A program made the position numbers and the translations under genes. From an uncultured delta proteobacterium (GTDB lineage Bacteria; Desulfobacterota; Desulfobacteria; Desulfobacterales; Desulfosalsimonadaceae), in contig CAWGYD010000006.1 of assembly GCA_963826785.1 (NCBI GenBank), forward strand, positions 480,001 to 544,000: DNA of 64,000 nucleotides, written 5' to 3'. The first letter of the stretch is position 1. Every line of letters starts with the position of its first letter. Of the stretch, positions 20,759 through 30,158 are shown in pieces. Under the pieces are notes generated by a model. It was not told the origin of the DNA. It was given only the letters and a program-made list of their open reading frames with translations, and searched no databases.

Positions 20759-21582
20759 GACGATTGTCCGTTATTCTTCAGATACTTTTCATTTGCTGCC
20801 TGTGGGCGGCAGGTCCCGCCTGGGCTGCAGATTCAGAGCAGCTGACCCGGGCGGAGGTGCATGACCTGTACAGCCAGGCCAAGTCTTTGTTCCAGCAGGC
20901 AAATGACGCTGCCGCCCAACATCCGGAACAGGCAAAGGCCCTGTATGCCCGGTCGGCCATGTATTTTGAACGCCTGGTCAGTGCCGGCGGCATTCAAAAC
21001 GGAAAACTGTATTACGACATCGGCAATGCGTATTTCCGGATGGGGGATCTGGGCCGGGCGATTTTAAACTACCGGCGGGCGCAAACCTTTATCCCCAATG
21101 ACCCCAACCTGAAGCAGAACCTGGCCTATGCCCGGAGCCAGCGGCCGGATAAGATCGAGGAAACTCAGAAAGCGCAGCTGTTCAAAACACTGCTCTTCTG
21201 GCACTATGATCTTTCGGCCCGGACCCGTTCCCTCATTTTCGGCGTCTGTTATGCCCTGTTCTGGGCAGGCGCTCTGGCGGGGCTGTTCTACAGAAGGGTG
21301 CCCAAAGGGATATCGATGGCCGCCGCCGGGGTGGGGCTTTTATTTCTGGGATCGCTGGGCGCGGAATACATCCAGTCCGTGCGCCATCGTCCCGGGGTGG
21401 TCCTCGCACAGGAAGTCATTGCCCGCAAGGGCGACGGCATGGCTTACCAGCCCAGCTTCAAGGAACCCCTGCACGAGGGAATCGAATTTACCCTCATGGA
21501 AGACCGCGGGGGGTGGTACCGGGTCCGGCTTTCCGACGGCAGGGATTGCTGGATACGCTCTTCCGCAGCAGAACTGATATAG
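20755..21582 (+). CDS. batE: BatE-like TPR + TM + SH3b protein
   Basis: LYYDIGNAYFRMGDLGRAILNYRRA; two TM helices; LHEGIEF..GWYRVRLSDGRDCWI. Confidence 0.8.
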   Translation: MRRLSVILQILFICCLWAAGPAWAADSEQLTRAEVHDLYSQAKSLFQQANDAAAQHPEQAKALYARSAMYFERLVSAGGIQNGKLYYDIGNAYFRMGDLGRAILNYRRAQTFIPNDPNLKQNLAYARSQRPDKIEETQKAQLFKTLLFWHYDLSARTRSLIFGVCYALFWAGALAGLFYRRVPKGISMAAAGVGLLFLGSLGAEYIQSVRHRPGVVLAQEVIARKGDGMAYQPSFKEPLHEGIEFTLMEDRGGWYRVRLSDGRDCWIRSSAAELI

Positions 21583-21772
21583 TTTTTCTGTATATGAAAA
21601 GCACATGATTTCAAAATGATAACCAAGGCTCAGCTTCAGGACCGGGTTTTTTGTTCCTCTGGAAAATCAAAGGGTGATACGCGTCACCTTTCACCCATCC
21701 TTTCTTCCTTCAAATGATTTCATCTATTTGATTCGTTGAGCAAGTTTGCGCCCGGATAGGAGAATCTCCCAT

Positions 21773-22753
21773 ATGGAAAAATTGAAACTGGCATTTACAG
21801 GCCTTCTGGCTTTCAGTCTGTTTTGCCTGACAGCGGCGATTTTTTATTTTGCCGGCCAGATTTCCGAATTTAACCGGCAGGTACCGCTGGTCGCAGCGCA
21901 AGTGCAGGCCACCCGCAATGATCTTCCCGGCATCATGGACCGAATCGAAGCGCTTAGGCAGGACCTGCCCGCCATACTTGCCGCCGTCGACACCGCGTCG
22001 GGGGCGGCCAATAATATTTCATCTGAAATCGCCCGGATTCGCCCCGCGGTTCCACAGATCATAGACGCGTCGGAAAAGATCCGGGAAACCGTGGATAAAT
22101 CTTCGGAAGCGATGCTGTCCGCGTCGGCGGCCGTGGAAAACGTCCGGCCCATGATTCCGCAGATCCTTGAAGAATCGAAGCAGATAAGGGGTACTGCGGA
22201 CAAGGCCGCTTCGGCGGTCAATCACTTCTCCAGCGAAATGGGAAAAGTCACACCCATGGTGCCGGATGTACTGGCCGAGCTTCAAAAGACCCGTGAGGCC
22301 ATCCCGGAATACCTGGACCGAACCGATAAACTGGTTCGAAATGCGCAGAAGCTGAGCTCCAAAAAGACCAGCGGGGCGGTGAAAGGATTTGTCAGCGGCG
22401 TCATCGAAACCCCTTTTCTGGTGGCGGGAACGGTTCGGGATTCGGTAAAATCGCTGCTGGGCATGGAAGATAATGCCGGTCTGACCGAAAATGATCTGGA
22501 AAAGGTCAATGCCAGCACCATTGAACTGCTTGAAGCCGAAAAACCGGCGGGAACGGCGCTGAACTGGGAGAATCCGGATACGAAAATCACCGGCAGCGTG
22601 ACCTATGTCAACCCGCTGGAAGTGGGTGGACAGGCATGCAAGAAACTTCGATACGAAATTTATCGAAACGACAAACGGCGCAACACCCGGGAGATTATTT
22701 TCTGTCGGCAGCCCGATGGGTCATGGATGGAGTTGATGGAGAACAATCATTAA
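21773..22753 (+). CDS. Membrane-anchored helical-repeat protein with C-terminal 17-kDa surface-antigen-like (RT0821/Lpp0805) domain
   Basis: N-terminal TM; ~35-aa repeats; C-terminal WENPDT..G..C..FCRQPDGSW; AGGAG RBS. Confidence 0.6.
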   Translation: MEKLKLAFTGLLAFSLFCLTAAIFYFAGQISEFNRQVPLVAAQVQATRNDLPGIMDRIEALRQDLPAILAAVDTASGAANNISSEIARIRPAVPQIIDASEKIRETVDKSSEAMLSASAAVENVRPMIPQILEESKQIRGTADKAASAVNHFSSEMGKVTPMVPDVLAELQKTREAIPEYLDRTDKLVRNAQKLSSKKTSGAVKGFVSGVIETPFLVAGTVRDSVKSLLGMEDNAGLTENDLEKVNASTIELLEAEKPAGTALNWENPDTKITGSVTYVNPLEVGGQACKKLRYEIYRNDKRRNTREIIFCRQPDGSWMELMENNH

Positions 22754-22777
22754 TACTCCAGTCAGAATTCCGGATTC

Positions 22778-22866
22778 AAAGTCCCCCTTTGGAAAAGGGG
22801 GATTTAGGGGGATTTGGCGCCTCCCGGGAGAAATCCCCCCCCGCCCCCCTTTTCAAAAGGGGGGAG
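22778..22866. repeat. Inverted REP-like doublet between convergent genes
   Basis: aagtccccctttggaaaagggggatttagggggattt followed by inverted aaatcccccc..cccccttttcaaaagggggga. Confidence 0.8.
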
Positions 22867-22912
22867 AAAAACGATTACTGGATTTTTCGGGATAACCAGA
22901 ATCGTGAATTTA

Positions 22913-23314
22913 TTACCGGCGGGACACCCATACCCGCTCTTCTTTCCAATAGCCCGGATCGGACTGGACCATGATCCAGTCGCCGGGCACCCAATCGCCG
23001 TACCGGTCGTAATGGGCCGGGTTCCACACCTTTTCACAGGCCGGCTCCACCCATATCCGCCGGACTTCCCAATGTCCGCGATCATGCCGCGGGGAGCAGT
23101 CGGCGCGGTAGTGACTTCTTTCAACCACCCTCACGCGCTCGGGGGGCGATTGGTCCCGGCAATTTTCCAGAATGGCATGTCCGAGAATGGCGGCGCCCAC
23201 GCCGATGGCAACCCCCTGCCAGCGGTAATGCTGTTTATCTCCGGCAAAACCTGGCGTGGCCAGCATTGACAGGAAAAAAACAGCCGATAACATCGATATG
23301 AACAGTTTTTTCAT
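22913..23314 (-). CDS. Secreted protein with glycine-zipper-like segment and YXWGXW-like Trp repeats
   Basis: AAGGAGG RBS; signal peptide; GVAIGVGAAILG; GHW..WV..WNPAHY..WVPGDW..PGYW. Confidence 0.65.
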   Translation of the reverse strand: MKKLFISMLSAVFFLSMLATPGFAGDKQHYRWQGVAIGVGAAILGHAILENCRDQSPPERVRVVERSHYRADCSPRHDRGHWEVRRIWVEPACEKVWNPAHYDRYGDWVPGDWIMVQSDPGYWKEERVWVSRR

Positions 23315-23378
23315 GACAACCTCCTTAATTTGTTTCAAAGACGCTGATACGTACGCCACGGAACCCATAGACAGTTTT

Positions 23379-23849
23379 CTACCGGGCATTTTCGGATTCC
23401 GCAAACCGGTTGATCTCCTCATCCACCAGGGTAATGGCCCGGTCCACCACTTCTTTTAAAAGATCGATTTCATCGGGGTCATCTCCGATGGCCTCGGACA
23501 GGGGCAGGTAGGTCCTGCCTCGCTGCGCCTGAATCTGAACCACTTTTTCAGACCCCTTTTCCGACAACTCGATGAGATGCACACGCATATCCTTGCGGTC
23601 TACCGTCATGTCCACCAGTTCCAGATCCAGGCGCAGCCGTTTGACGTCCGCCGACAGGGTGCTCTGCTTCACCCCGGGAAAAAACCGCAGCAGATCACCC
23701 ATGCTCATGGGGCCCTGGGTCTTTAGCAGCTCCAGGATCAGGATCTCCCGGTCCCTGAGATCGCCGGCATCGCTGTCGGCGATCTGGATGGCCCGGTAAA
23801 TTCTCATTTTGATCCCAAGCTGGGCGATGGATGTAAACAGTTCATTCAT
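23379..23849 (-). CDS. MarR-family transcriptional regulator
   Basis: wHTH 'QSTLSADVKRL..LV..DRKDMRVHLIELSEKG'. Confidence 0.8.
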   Translation of the reverse strand: MNELFTSIAQLGIKMRIYRAIQIADSDAGDLRDREILILELLKTQGPMSMGDLLRFFPGVKQSTLSADVKRLRLDLELVDMTVDRKDMRVHLIELSEKGSEKVVQIQAQRGRTYLPLSEAIGDDPDEIDLLKEVVDRAITLVDEEINRFAESENAR

Positions 23850-23861
23850 AAAATATCACCT

Positions 23862-23899
23862 TTTGAATATATTTAAATGCATCGAAATAGTTTTGTCAA
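23862..23899 (-). promoter_or_regulatory. sigma70-like promoter of the marR gene with an overlapping imperfect palindrome (candidate auto-operator)
   Basis: Minus strand TTGACA-17nt-TTAAAT; TTTGAATATATTTAAA (23862-23877) overlaps the -10. Confidence 0.5.
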
Positions 23900-24012
23900 G
23901 TAAATTAGTTCAAAAAAATGATATAAATTTATGAAAAAAACCCGTTTTCTGGTTCAAATTTTGGTGCTTTGGTCTCCCCGGGCTGGAAAATCGGACCGGA
24001 AAAGAATCCCCA

Positions 24013-25930
24013 TCACGCCCCGAACAGGCAGAGCCTGATTTTTTCCCATTCCCCGTTTTTCACCCAGGTGTACTTTTGTTTAAAATGGGAGTCGGTCTTA
24101 TAGAACTTTTTGCTGCTGCGGCGTTTCAGGTATTTTGAAAAATCTCCCGGTCCGCCATTGTACATGGCATAGAGGGCATATGCCAGATCATCGGCGGCGA
24201 ACCGATCCCCGGCTTTCAATGCCGCCATTTTGGGCAGGGCATAGCGGGTCAGGTAGGTATCGAGAATTTCCGCCCCCGCGGCCGCATTGTAGGCAATGTC
24301 CCAGCGGAGGCTGGACAGGTTGTAGATGCCGCGCCATACCCGTTCATTGACCTGCATGAGGCCGACGGAACTGTTATTGTAAGAAACTATATAGGTTTGC
24401 TTCCGCTCCTTGACGATAAACTGCCGAAAGCAGCTTTCCTGCCAGGCGGTGGCCATAACCGCACGGGTAAATACCGGCTGGTAGGGTTCGGGAATCCGCC
24501 CGGCCTTCAGCCGTTTTTCGGCCTCCCCGGACAAAACGGATTTGACCCGGACATAATAATTTTCAAAATTTTCTTTCGATACCATCCATTCCTGAATTCC
24601 CTGCGCCCCGGAGGCGGCTTCCGCATCTGTGGCCAGGCAGAAGGAAGGAACGAGCCGCAATCGCCAGCCTTTTTATCCCCATGAAGTTGAAATTCAGCAG
24701 TTCCGGCGCTTCTTCGGGGGCTTCCATGGGGGGCTCCGGTGCCTCCGTGGGCCCGGTTTCCTCAAGAGGGGGGCCCAGCCCCAGCAGCTCTCTTAATTCC
24801 GGGCTGACCCCGGGGGAATACCGCAGGACCATGGATTTGTTTTCGGCCAGCATCCGGGCCAGTCGCACCAGCCCGTCTTTGCTGATTTCGATGGAAAAGG
24901 CCGGGCCGATCCGGTCCAGGGCGGCCAGGGCATCCGAAGCGGTGAAAAAAGCGAGGTACCCCATGATGTTGTCGGACCCGCTGCGGGCCAGGTGGTTTTT
25001 GAGGATCGGCGAAATGGATTGCCATGCATCTACAAACTGCCTGCGCACGAAATCCTTGTGCTGGCCTTCGCTGGCAAGTTCGTCAATAAACCGGTAGCGC
25101 GCGTTCATCAGAACGGTCAGCAGAATATCGCGCTCTTCAGGCATCAGGTCTTTCCCGGCCAAAGACATCAGGGTTTGTACCAGAAAGGCATCCCAGGTTT
25201 CCCATATCTCGATAAAATCGGTGAGTTCCTGGGGGGACAGCGGTTCGGGCGCCGGTTCCGGCTGTCCTGCGGGCACATCCATGTCGGAAACGATCTCGAT
25301 GCGCAACGCCTCGGCAGTGACCGAAATGGCGGATGGATGCAGTGCCGCTATGATTTCCTGTGCCGCCTGCATGTCGGCTTCGCTGACCATGGAAAGCAGC
25401 ACCGGCCGCATTTCAGACACCGGCGGAAATAAGTCGATGGTGATCCGATTGAGCTGTTCGAGCACCGGTCCTTCGAAAATGCGCCAGAGCCGGTCCATTA
25501 CCAGGGCGGTCTGCCCCTTGCTGTTTAACAGTGAGGAATCGATTGGTTCGAAGGACAGCCGCCACCCTTCCTGCTGGAGCCGGGGTTTTTCATGGACCAC
25601 CAAAAAACCATCCCATTCAACCGGAAACAGGCATTGATCGCCCATCATCTGTCCGCCGGTCATGTGAACCTGGAGTTCAAGGCGGAGCAGTCCGTTTTCC
25701 GTCTTAAACTGCGGGTCTGAAAGGGTAATCCACCGGCAGGCGTCCCCCGCATCCGAAAGGGTCAGCCGGCCGCCGGGCTCGGTGAAGGCGGCGGAAATGA
25801 CCAGGGCGCGAAGCATCTGGTGTTCGATCTGCAGGGAAAACGACAGGGGAGCGCTAAATGCAGGTTTTGCCAGCGCCGGGATTCCGGCCATCAGGAGGAT
25901 CACCGGTAAAACAAGGATGCGGTATGCCAT
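24013..25930 (-). CDS. Lytic transglycosylase (SLT) domain protein with long N-terminal region (frameshift at ~24640-24660)
   Basis: Signal peptide; C-terminal part has AWQESCFRQ, GLMQVN, YNGGPG SLT motifs; two overlapping ORFs. Confidence 0.72.
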
Positions 25931-26039
25931 TGCTGTCAGCTGTGGGGAAAAGGTTTTTAGATGCCCCGACCCACGGATAGGTGGAATCGATTACCGGAAA
26001 TTATCAGCAAACCGCAACATTTTCCATATAAATTTTACA

Positions 26040-26741
26040 TCAATTCTGCTGGCCCTGCCATGCCGCACTCATAATCCGGCAGACCTCCTCGTCATCGGTC
26101 TGGGAGAAGTCGGAATACCACTGCCCCACCGCACGGAAATTATCCGGGGTGACCGGGCAGATGATCTCATCTGTCAATGGCCTCAGGCGCTTGAGCGCAT
26201 CCGGGGGGGACACCGGAACGGCGATGATGATCGATTTGGGATTCCGGGACCGCAAAGACTGGATAGCTGCCTCGATGGTGGAACCGGTGGCAATTCCGTC
26301 ATCAATGATGATCACGCAGCGGTTTTCGGCCCCATAGGAGGGCCGGCCACTGCGATATACCGCCTCCCGCCGTGCAAGTTCCGTTTGTTCGGCCCTTCGA
26401 ACCGCCTCAATTTTGTGATCCGGGATTTGCAGCTGCCCGATGAAATCCCTGTTCAGCACTTCGGCACCTCCGGTGGCAATGGCGCCCATGGCCATTTCTT
26501 CGTGGCCGGGAACGCCCAGCTTGCGCACCACCAGCAGATCAAGCGGCGCATCGATGGCCATTGCGACTTCCGCTGCCACGGGAGCGCCACCCCGGGGCAG
26601 CGCCAGCACCAGCACGTCGGCTCTCCCCCGATAGGATTGGAGGGATTCGGCCAGCACCCGTCCCGCATCCCGGCGATTCCGATACGGCAGCTTGACGGCC
26701 GCATCTTGCGCATCAAAAAATATTCTTTCAAAAAGATTCAT
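26040..26741 (-). CDS. Phosphoribosyltransferase-family protein
   Basis: RNRRDAGRVLA, LALPRGG, RKLGVPGHEEMAMGAIA, IIDDGIATGST, AVGQWYSDFSQT. Confidence 0.9.
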   Translation of the reverse strand: MNLFERIFFDAQDAAVKLPYRNRRDAGRVLAESLQSYRGRADVLVLALPRGGAPVAAEVAMAIDAPLDLLVVRKLGVPGHEEMAMGAIATGGAEVLNRDFIGQLQIPDHKIEAVRRAEQTELARREAVYRSGRPSYGAENRCVIIIDDGIATGSTIEAAIQSLRSRNPKSIIIAVPVSPPDALKRLRPLTDEIICPVTPDNFRAVGQWYSDFSQTDDEEVCRIMSAAWQGQQN

Positions 26742-27036
26742 GATGTCTCAATCTATTCGGGTTAATTAAATTCGCTTGCCCTTGGAATGTCCAACTCGAC
26801 TTCCATGCCTTTTTCGCGTCTTTTTTTTAGAAAAAGCATAAGCAACTGCTCTGATAAGGAAAATGGGGGATTGTCCTGATTTTGGAGTGGCACGGATGGT
26901 ACTGTCGTGTGGAAAAGTTTGACATATACTTAAAATCGTTGCATTTTTATCTTGTTTGGAAAAGCGGGCAAAAGTATTTCAGGCAAGCGGATCGCCCTTA
27001 AAAAAGCAGGGCCTGCGGCAAGTCGAAAGGGTGCAA

Positions 27037-28812
27037 GTGGAAATCTGGATCATATCGGCCATCCTGGTCATCACCCTTTTTCTGCTGATGACCGAGATCA
27101 TTTCAGTAGACCTGACCGCGCTTGGCATCATCGTCGTTCTGATGGTGACAGGCATACTCACCCCGGTGGAAGGGGTGGCGGGATTTGCACACCCGGCGGT
27201 GATCACGGTGGGATCGCTGTTTCTGATCAGCAAGGGCTTGATACGGACCGGATCGGTGGAGTTCATCGGCCGCCAGGTGATCCGGCTGTCCAAGGGAAAC
27301 TTCAAGCTGGCGCTTGCGGTCGTCATGCTTACGGTGGCCGTCTCTTCGGCGTTTATCAACAATACGCCCATTGTGATTCTGTTTATCCCCGTGGTCATGA
27401 CCATGTGCTGCGAGTTCGGACTGAGCCCCTCGAAATTTCTCATCCCGGTGTCATACGCCTCGGTTCTGGCGGGAACCTGCACCCTCATCGGCACTTCCAC
27501 CAATATCATCGTCAGCGACATGAGCCGGGTGGCCCAGTACGGCACCATCGGAATGTTTGAACTCTCCCGGATCGGCCTTCCCATCGCCGTGATCGGTCTT
27601 GTCTTCATATTTTTTGCGGCCCCGAAATACATGCCGTCTTCCTTAAACCCCATCTGTCAGATCCAGGACGAAGCCCACCGCCGCTATCTGGCTGAACTGC
27701 GGATCCCAAGGGGGAGCAATCTCATTGACCAGGACCCTGCAACGGTGTTTGCCCGGGATTATCCGGGGATGGAGGTTCTGGAACTGATCCGGTATTCACA
27801 TATCTACTTCCCGGATCGGGATCATGAGAAAATTGCTCCCGATGACCTGCTCCTGGTGAAGGGGTCGGTGAACGATCTGGTCAAGGTGATGGACCGGGAA
27901 AAAGTGGAGCTGCCCCAGGCGGAAAAAGGGTTGAGATTCGGCGCCCGCAAAGATGAACCCATGGTGGTGGAGATGATCATTCCCCCCCAATCGGCACTGC
28001 TGGGCCGGAAACTGCTGGATACCCGGATGGTGCGCGACCCGGACATCCACGTGATTGCCATCAAGCGAAGCGGGCTGCATTACACGGAAAAGCAGATCCG
28101 TGATATCCGGGTCCGGATCGGCGACATCGTCCTGGTCTGGTGCAAAAAAAGCAAGCTTGCCGGCATGCGCGCCGACAAAGATTTCATGATTATCGAAGAC
28201 GTGCATGAAGAAATCGTCTTGAAACAGAAATCGCTGGTGGCGCTGATCATCTTTACGGGAATGGTGCTGTGCGCCACGCTGGGCGTGGCCGATATCATGG
28301 TGTGCGCGCTTACGGGGGCGTTTCTGATGATTTTTTCCGGATGCCTGCAGCTGCGGGATGCGTATCGCGCCCTCCAGGCGGATGTCCTGCTGCTGATTGC
28401 CGGAACCATCGCCCTGGGCACGGCCATGGAAAAGACCGGCGCCAGCCGGCTCTATGCGCAAGCTTTTCTGGATCTGCTGTCCGGGATGCCGCCCGGCCTG
28501 ATCCTGGGCGGCATCATCCTGCTGGCCAGCATCAGCACCCAGATCCTGAGCAACAATGCCACCGCCGTGCTGATTTTCCCCATTGCCGTATCCACGGCCA
28601 TCAGTCTGGGGGTGAATCCCAAGCCGTTTATCATCGGGGTCGCCATCGGCGCCAGCGCCTGTTTCGCCACCCCCATCGGCTACCAGACCAATCTGCTGGT
28701 ATACGGCCCCGGCGGCTATCGGTTTGCCGATTATTTAAAACTCGGGATTCCGTTGAATATCATGGTGCTGGTCCTGGGAACGCTGCTGATTCCCGTGATC
28801 TGGCCGTTTTAG
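27037..28812 (+). CDS. SLC13/DASS permease with TrkA-C (RCK_C) domains
   Basis: SAFINNTP, GTCTLIGTSTNII, LSNNATA, FATPIGYQTNLLVYGPGGYRFADY; GTG start inferred. Confidence 0.9.
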   Translation: MEIWIISAILVITLFLLMTEIISVDLTALGIIVVLMVTGILTPVEGVAGFAHPAVITVGSLFLISKGLIRTGSVEFIGRQVIRLSKGNFKLALAVVMLTVAVSSAFINNTPIVILFIPVVMTMCCEFGLSPSKFLIPVSYASVLAGTCTLIGTSTNIIVSDMSRVAQYGTIGMFELSRIGLPIAVIGLVFIFFAAPKYMPSSLNPICQIQDEAHRRYLAELRIPRGSNLIDQDPATVFARDYPGMEVLELIRYSHIYFPDRDHEKIAPDDLLLVKGSVNDLVKVMDREKVELPQAEKGLRFGARKDEPMVVEMIIPPQSALLGRKLLDTRMVRDPDIHVIAIKRSGLHYTEKQIRDIRVRIGDIVLVWCKKSKLAGMRADKDFMIIEDVHEEIVLKQKSLVALIIFTGMVLCATLGVADIMVCALTGAFLMIFSGCLQLRDAYRALQADVLLLIAGTIALGTAMEKTGASRLYAQAFLDLLSGMPPGLILGGIILLASISTQILSNNATAVLIFPIAVSTAISLGVNPKPFIIGVAIGASACFATPIGYQTNLLVYGPGGYRFADYLKLGIPLNIMVLVLGTLLIPVIWPF

Positions 28813-28859
28813 GCACAGAAAACAGGGTTAAAAGCGATCGACCCATACGAAAGGTTTAA

Positions 28860-29348
28860 ATGGATATCATGCTCATATTGTGGATCATCCTGTCGATTAT
28901 TCTGGTCCTGTCCGGCCTGGCCGGGCTGATTCTGCCGGCCCTTCCCGGCCCTTTGCTGATTTTTGCCGGGTTGCTCATGGCCGCCTGGGCCGAAGGGTTC
29001 AAGTATGTCGGCGGCATCACCATTTCGATCCTGGCCTTTCTGGCCGTGCTGGCCTATGTCGCCGATTTTGTGGCCGGAGCGTTTGGAGCCAAGCGGTACG
29101 GGGCTTCCCGGCGGGCGGCGGTGGGGGCGGCCATCGGCGCCATTGCCGGGCTGTTTTTCGGGTTCGCGGGGGTGATCCTGGGGCCATTTGCAGGCGCGGT
29201 CATCGGGGAGATCACGGCCGGCCGGGACCTGAGAGCGGCCGGCGTCGCCGGGTTCGGGGCCTGGGTGGGGATGATCCTGGGGATTGCCGCCAAAATGGCC
29301 CTGGGCTTTGCCATGGTGGGGTGGTTTGTCATTGCAAGGATCTTCTAA
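28860..29348 (+). CDS. DUF456 (YqgC-like) membrane protein
   Basis: GLILPALPGPLL, GAKRYGASR, ILGPFAGA. Confidence 0.85.
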   Translation: MDIMLILWIILSIILVLSGLAGLILPALPGPLLIFAGLLMAAWAEGFKYVGGITISILAFLAVLAYVADFVAGAFGAKRYGASRRAAVGAAIGAIAGLFFGFAGVILGPFAGAVIGEITAGRDLRAAGVAGFGAWVGMILGIAAKMALGFAMVGWFVIARIF

Positions 29349-29370
29349 TCTTCGCAGCCGGATTGGACAG

Positions 29371-30027
29371 TTACTCGTTTAATGCCGATTTAAACGCCTC
29401 GATTCCCACGCGGTCGATAAACCGCGCCATCCGCTCTTTCTTTCTGCCTTCGGCCTGGTAGAATTTCAGGCCCGCATCCATAAGGGATAGAACCGCTTCC
29501 CTGGAGATATCTTCGGCTACCACATCCCCGATGCGGGGCCGGCCTCCGGAGTTTCCGCCCGCAATCAGGGTGTAGCCGTTTTTTTTGCCCATCACCCCGA
29601 TATCCCGGACATAGCTTTCACCGCAGCAGAAGGGGCATCCGGAAATCCCGACCTTGAGCTTGGCGGGAAGGGGGCGGGCATAAAGGAATTGATCAATCTC
29701 GCTTGCCAGACCGATGGAATCCTGGACGCCGAACCGGCAGACCGCGGTTCCGGGACAGGCCTGCACGTAATGGTAGCACAGCTCGGTGGCGTGCCCGATT
29801 TCCATTTCCAGGTCCTGCCATACGCCGTCGATGTCCTCCTGTTTGATCCCCACCAGGGCCATGCGCTGCCCCGAGGTGATTTTTACAATCGGAATGCCAT
29901 ATTTTCGAACCACCCGGCTCAGCGCTTCGATGTTGTCGACGCTCAGCATGCCCGCCGGCATTCTCGGCACGATGGCATAGGTTTCCCTGTCCCGCTGCAA
30001 AATAGCACCCTTCAGATCTTCCGGCAT
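29371..30027 (-). CDS. Low-molecular-weight assimilatory-type siroheme-[4Fe-4S] sulfite reductase (alSiR-like), 218 aa
   Basis: GAILQRDRETYAIVPR, KITSGQRMAL, ACPGTAVC (Cx5C) and GCPFCC (Cx3C) ligand motifs; AGGAG RBS. Confidence 0.82.
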   Translation of the reverse strand: MPEDLKGAILQRDRETYAIVPRMPAGMLSVDNIEALSRVVRKYGIPIVKITSGQRMALVGIKQEDIDGVWQDLEMEIGHATELCYHYVQACPGTAVCRFGVQDSIGLASEIDQFLYARPLPAKLKVGISGCPFCCGESYVRDIGVMGKKNGYTLIAGGNSGGRPRIGDVVAEDISREAVLSLMDAGLKFYQAEGRKKERMARFIDRVGIEAFKSALNE

Positions 30028-30051
30028 GTTTTGTCTCCTTTTTAACAATTA

Positions 30052-30105
30052 AAGCATCAAAATAATGAACAGTGAGCGGGAGAAACCCGCTGCCAATGTC
30101 GCCTC
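30052..30105. repeat. Solo arm of the 17.4-kb palindromic element
   Basis: Matches the reverse complement of 17419-17471 with 4 mismatches and 1 gap in 54 columns (aligned by hand). Confidence 0.85.
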
Positions 30106-30158
30106 AGTCTTCGATAATTCCTTATAGTGGGTCCAAGCGCCTTTCTTTGGCGACGCCA

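Noticed and set aside
26888..26905. sigma54 promoter (TGGCAC) upstream of the SLC13 gene
   Set aside because: No TTGC -12 element at the required spacing.
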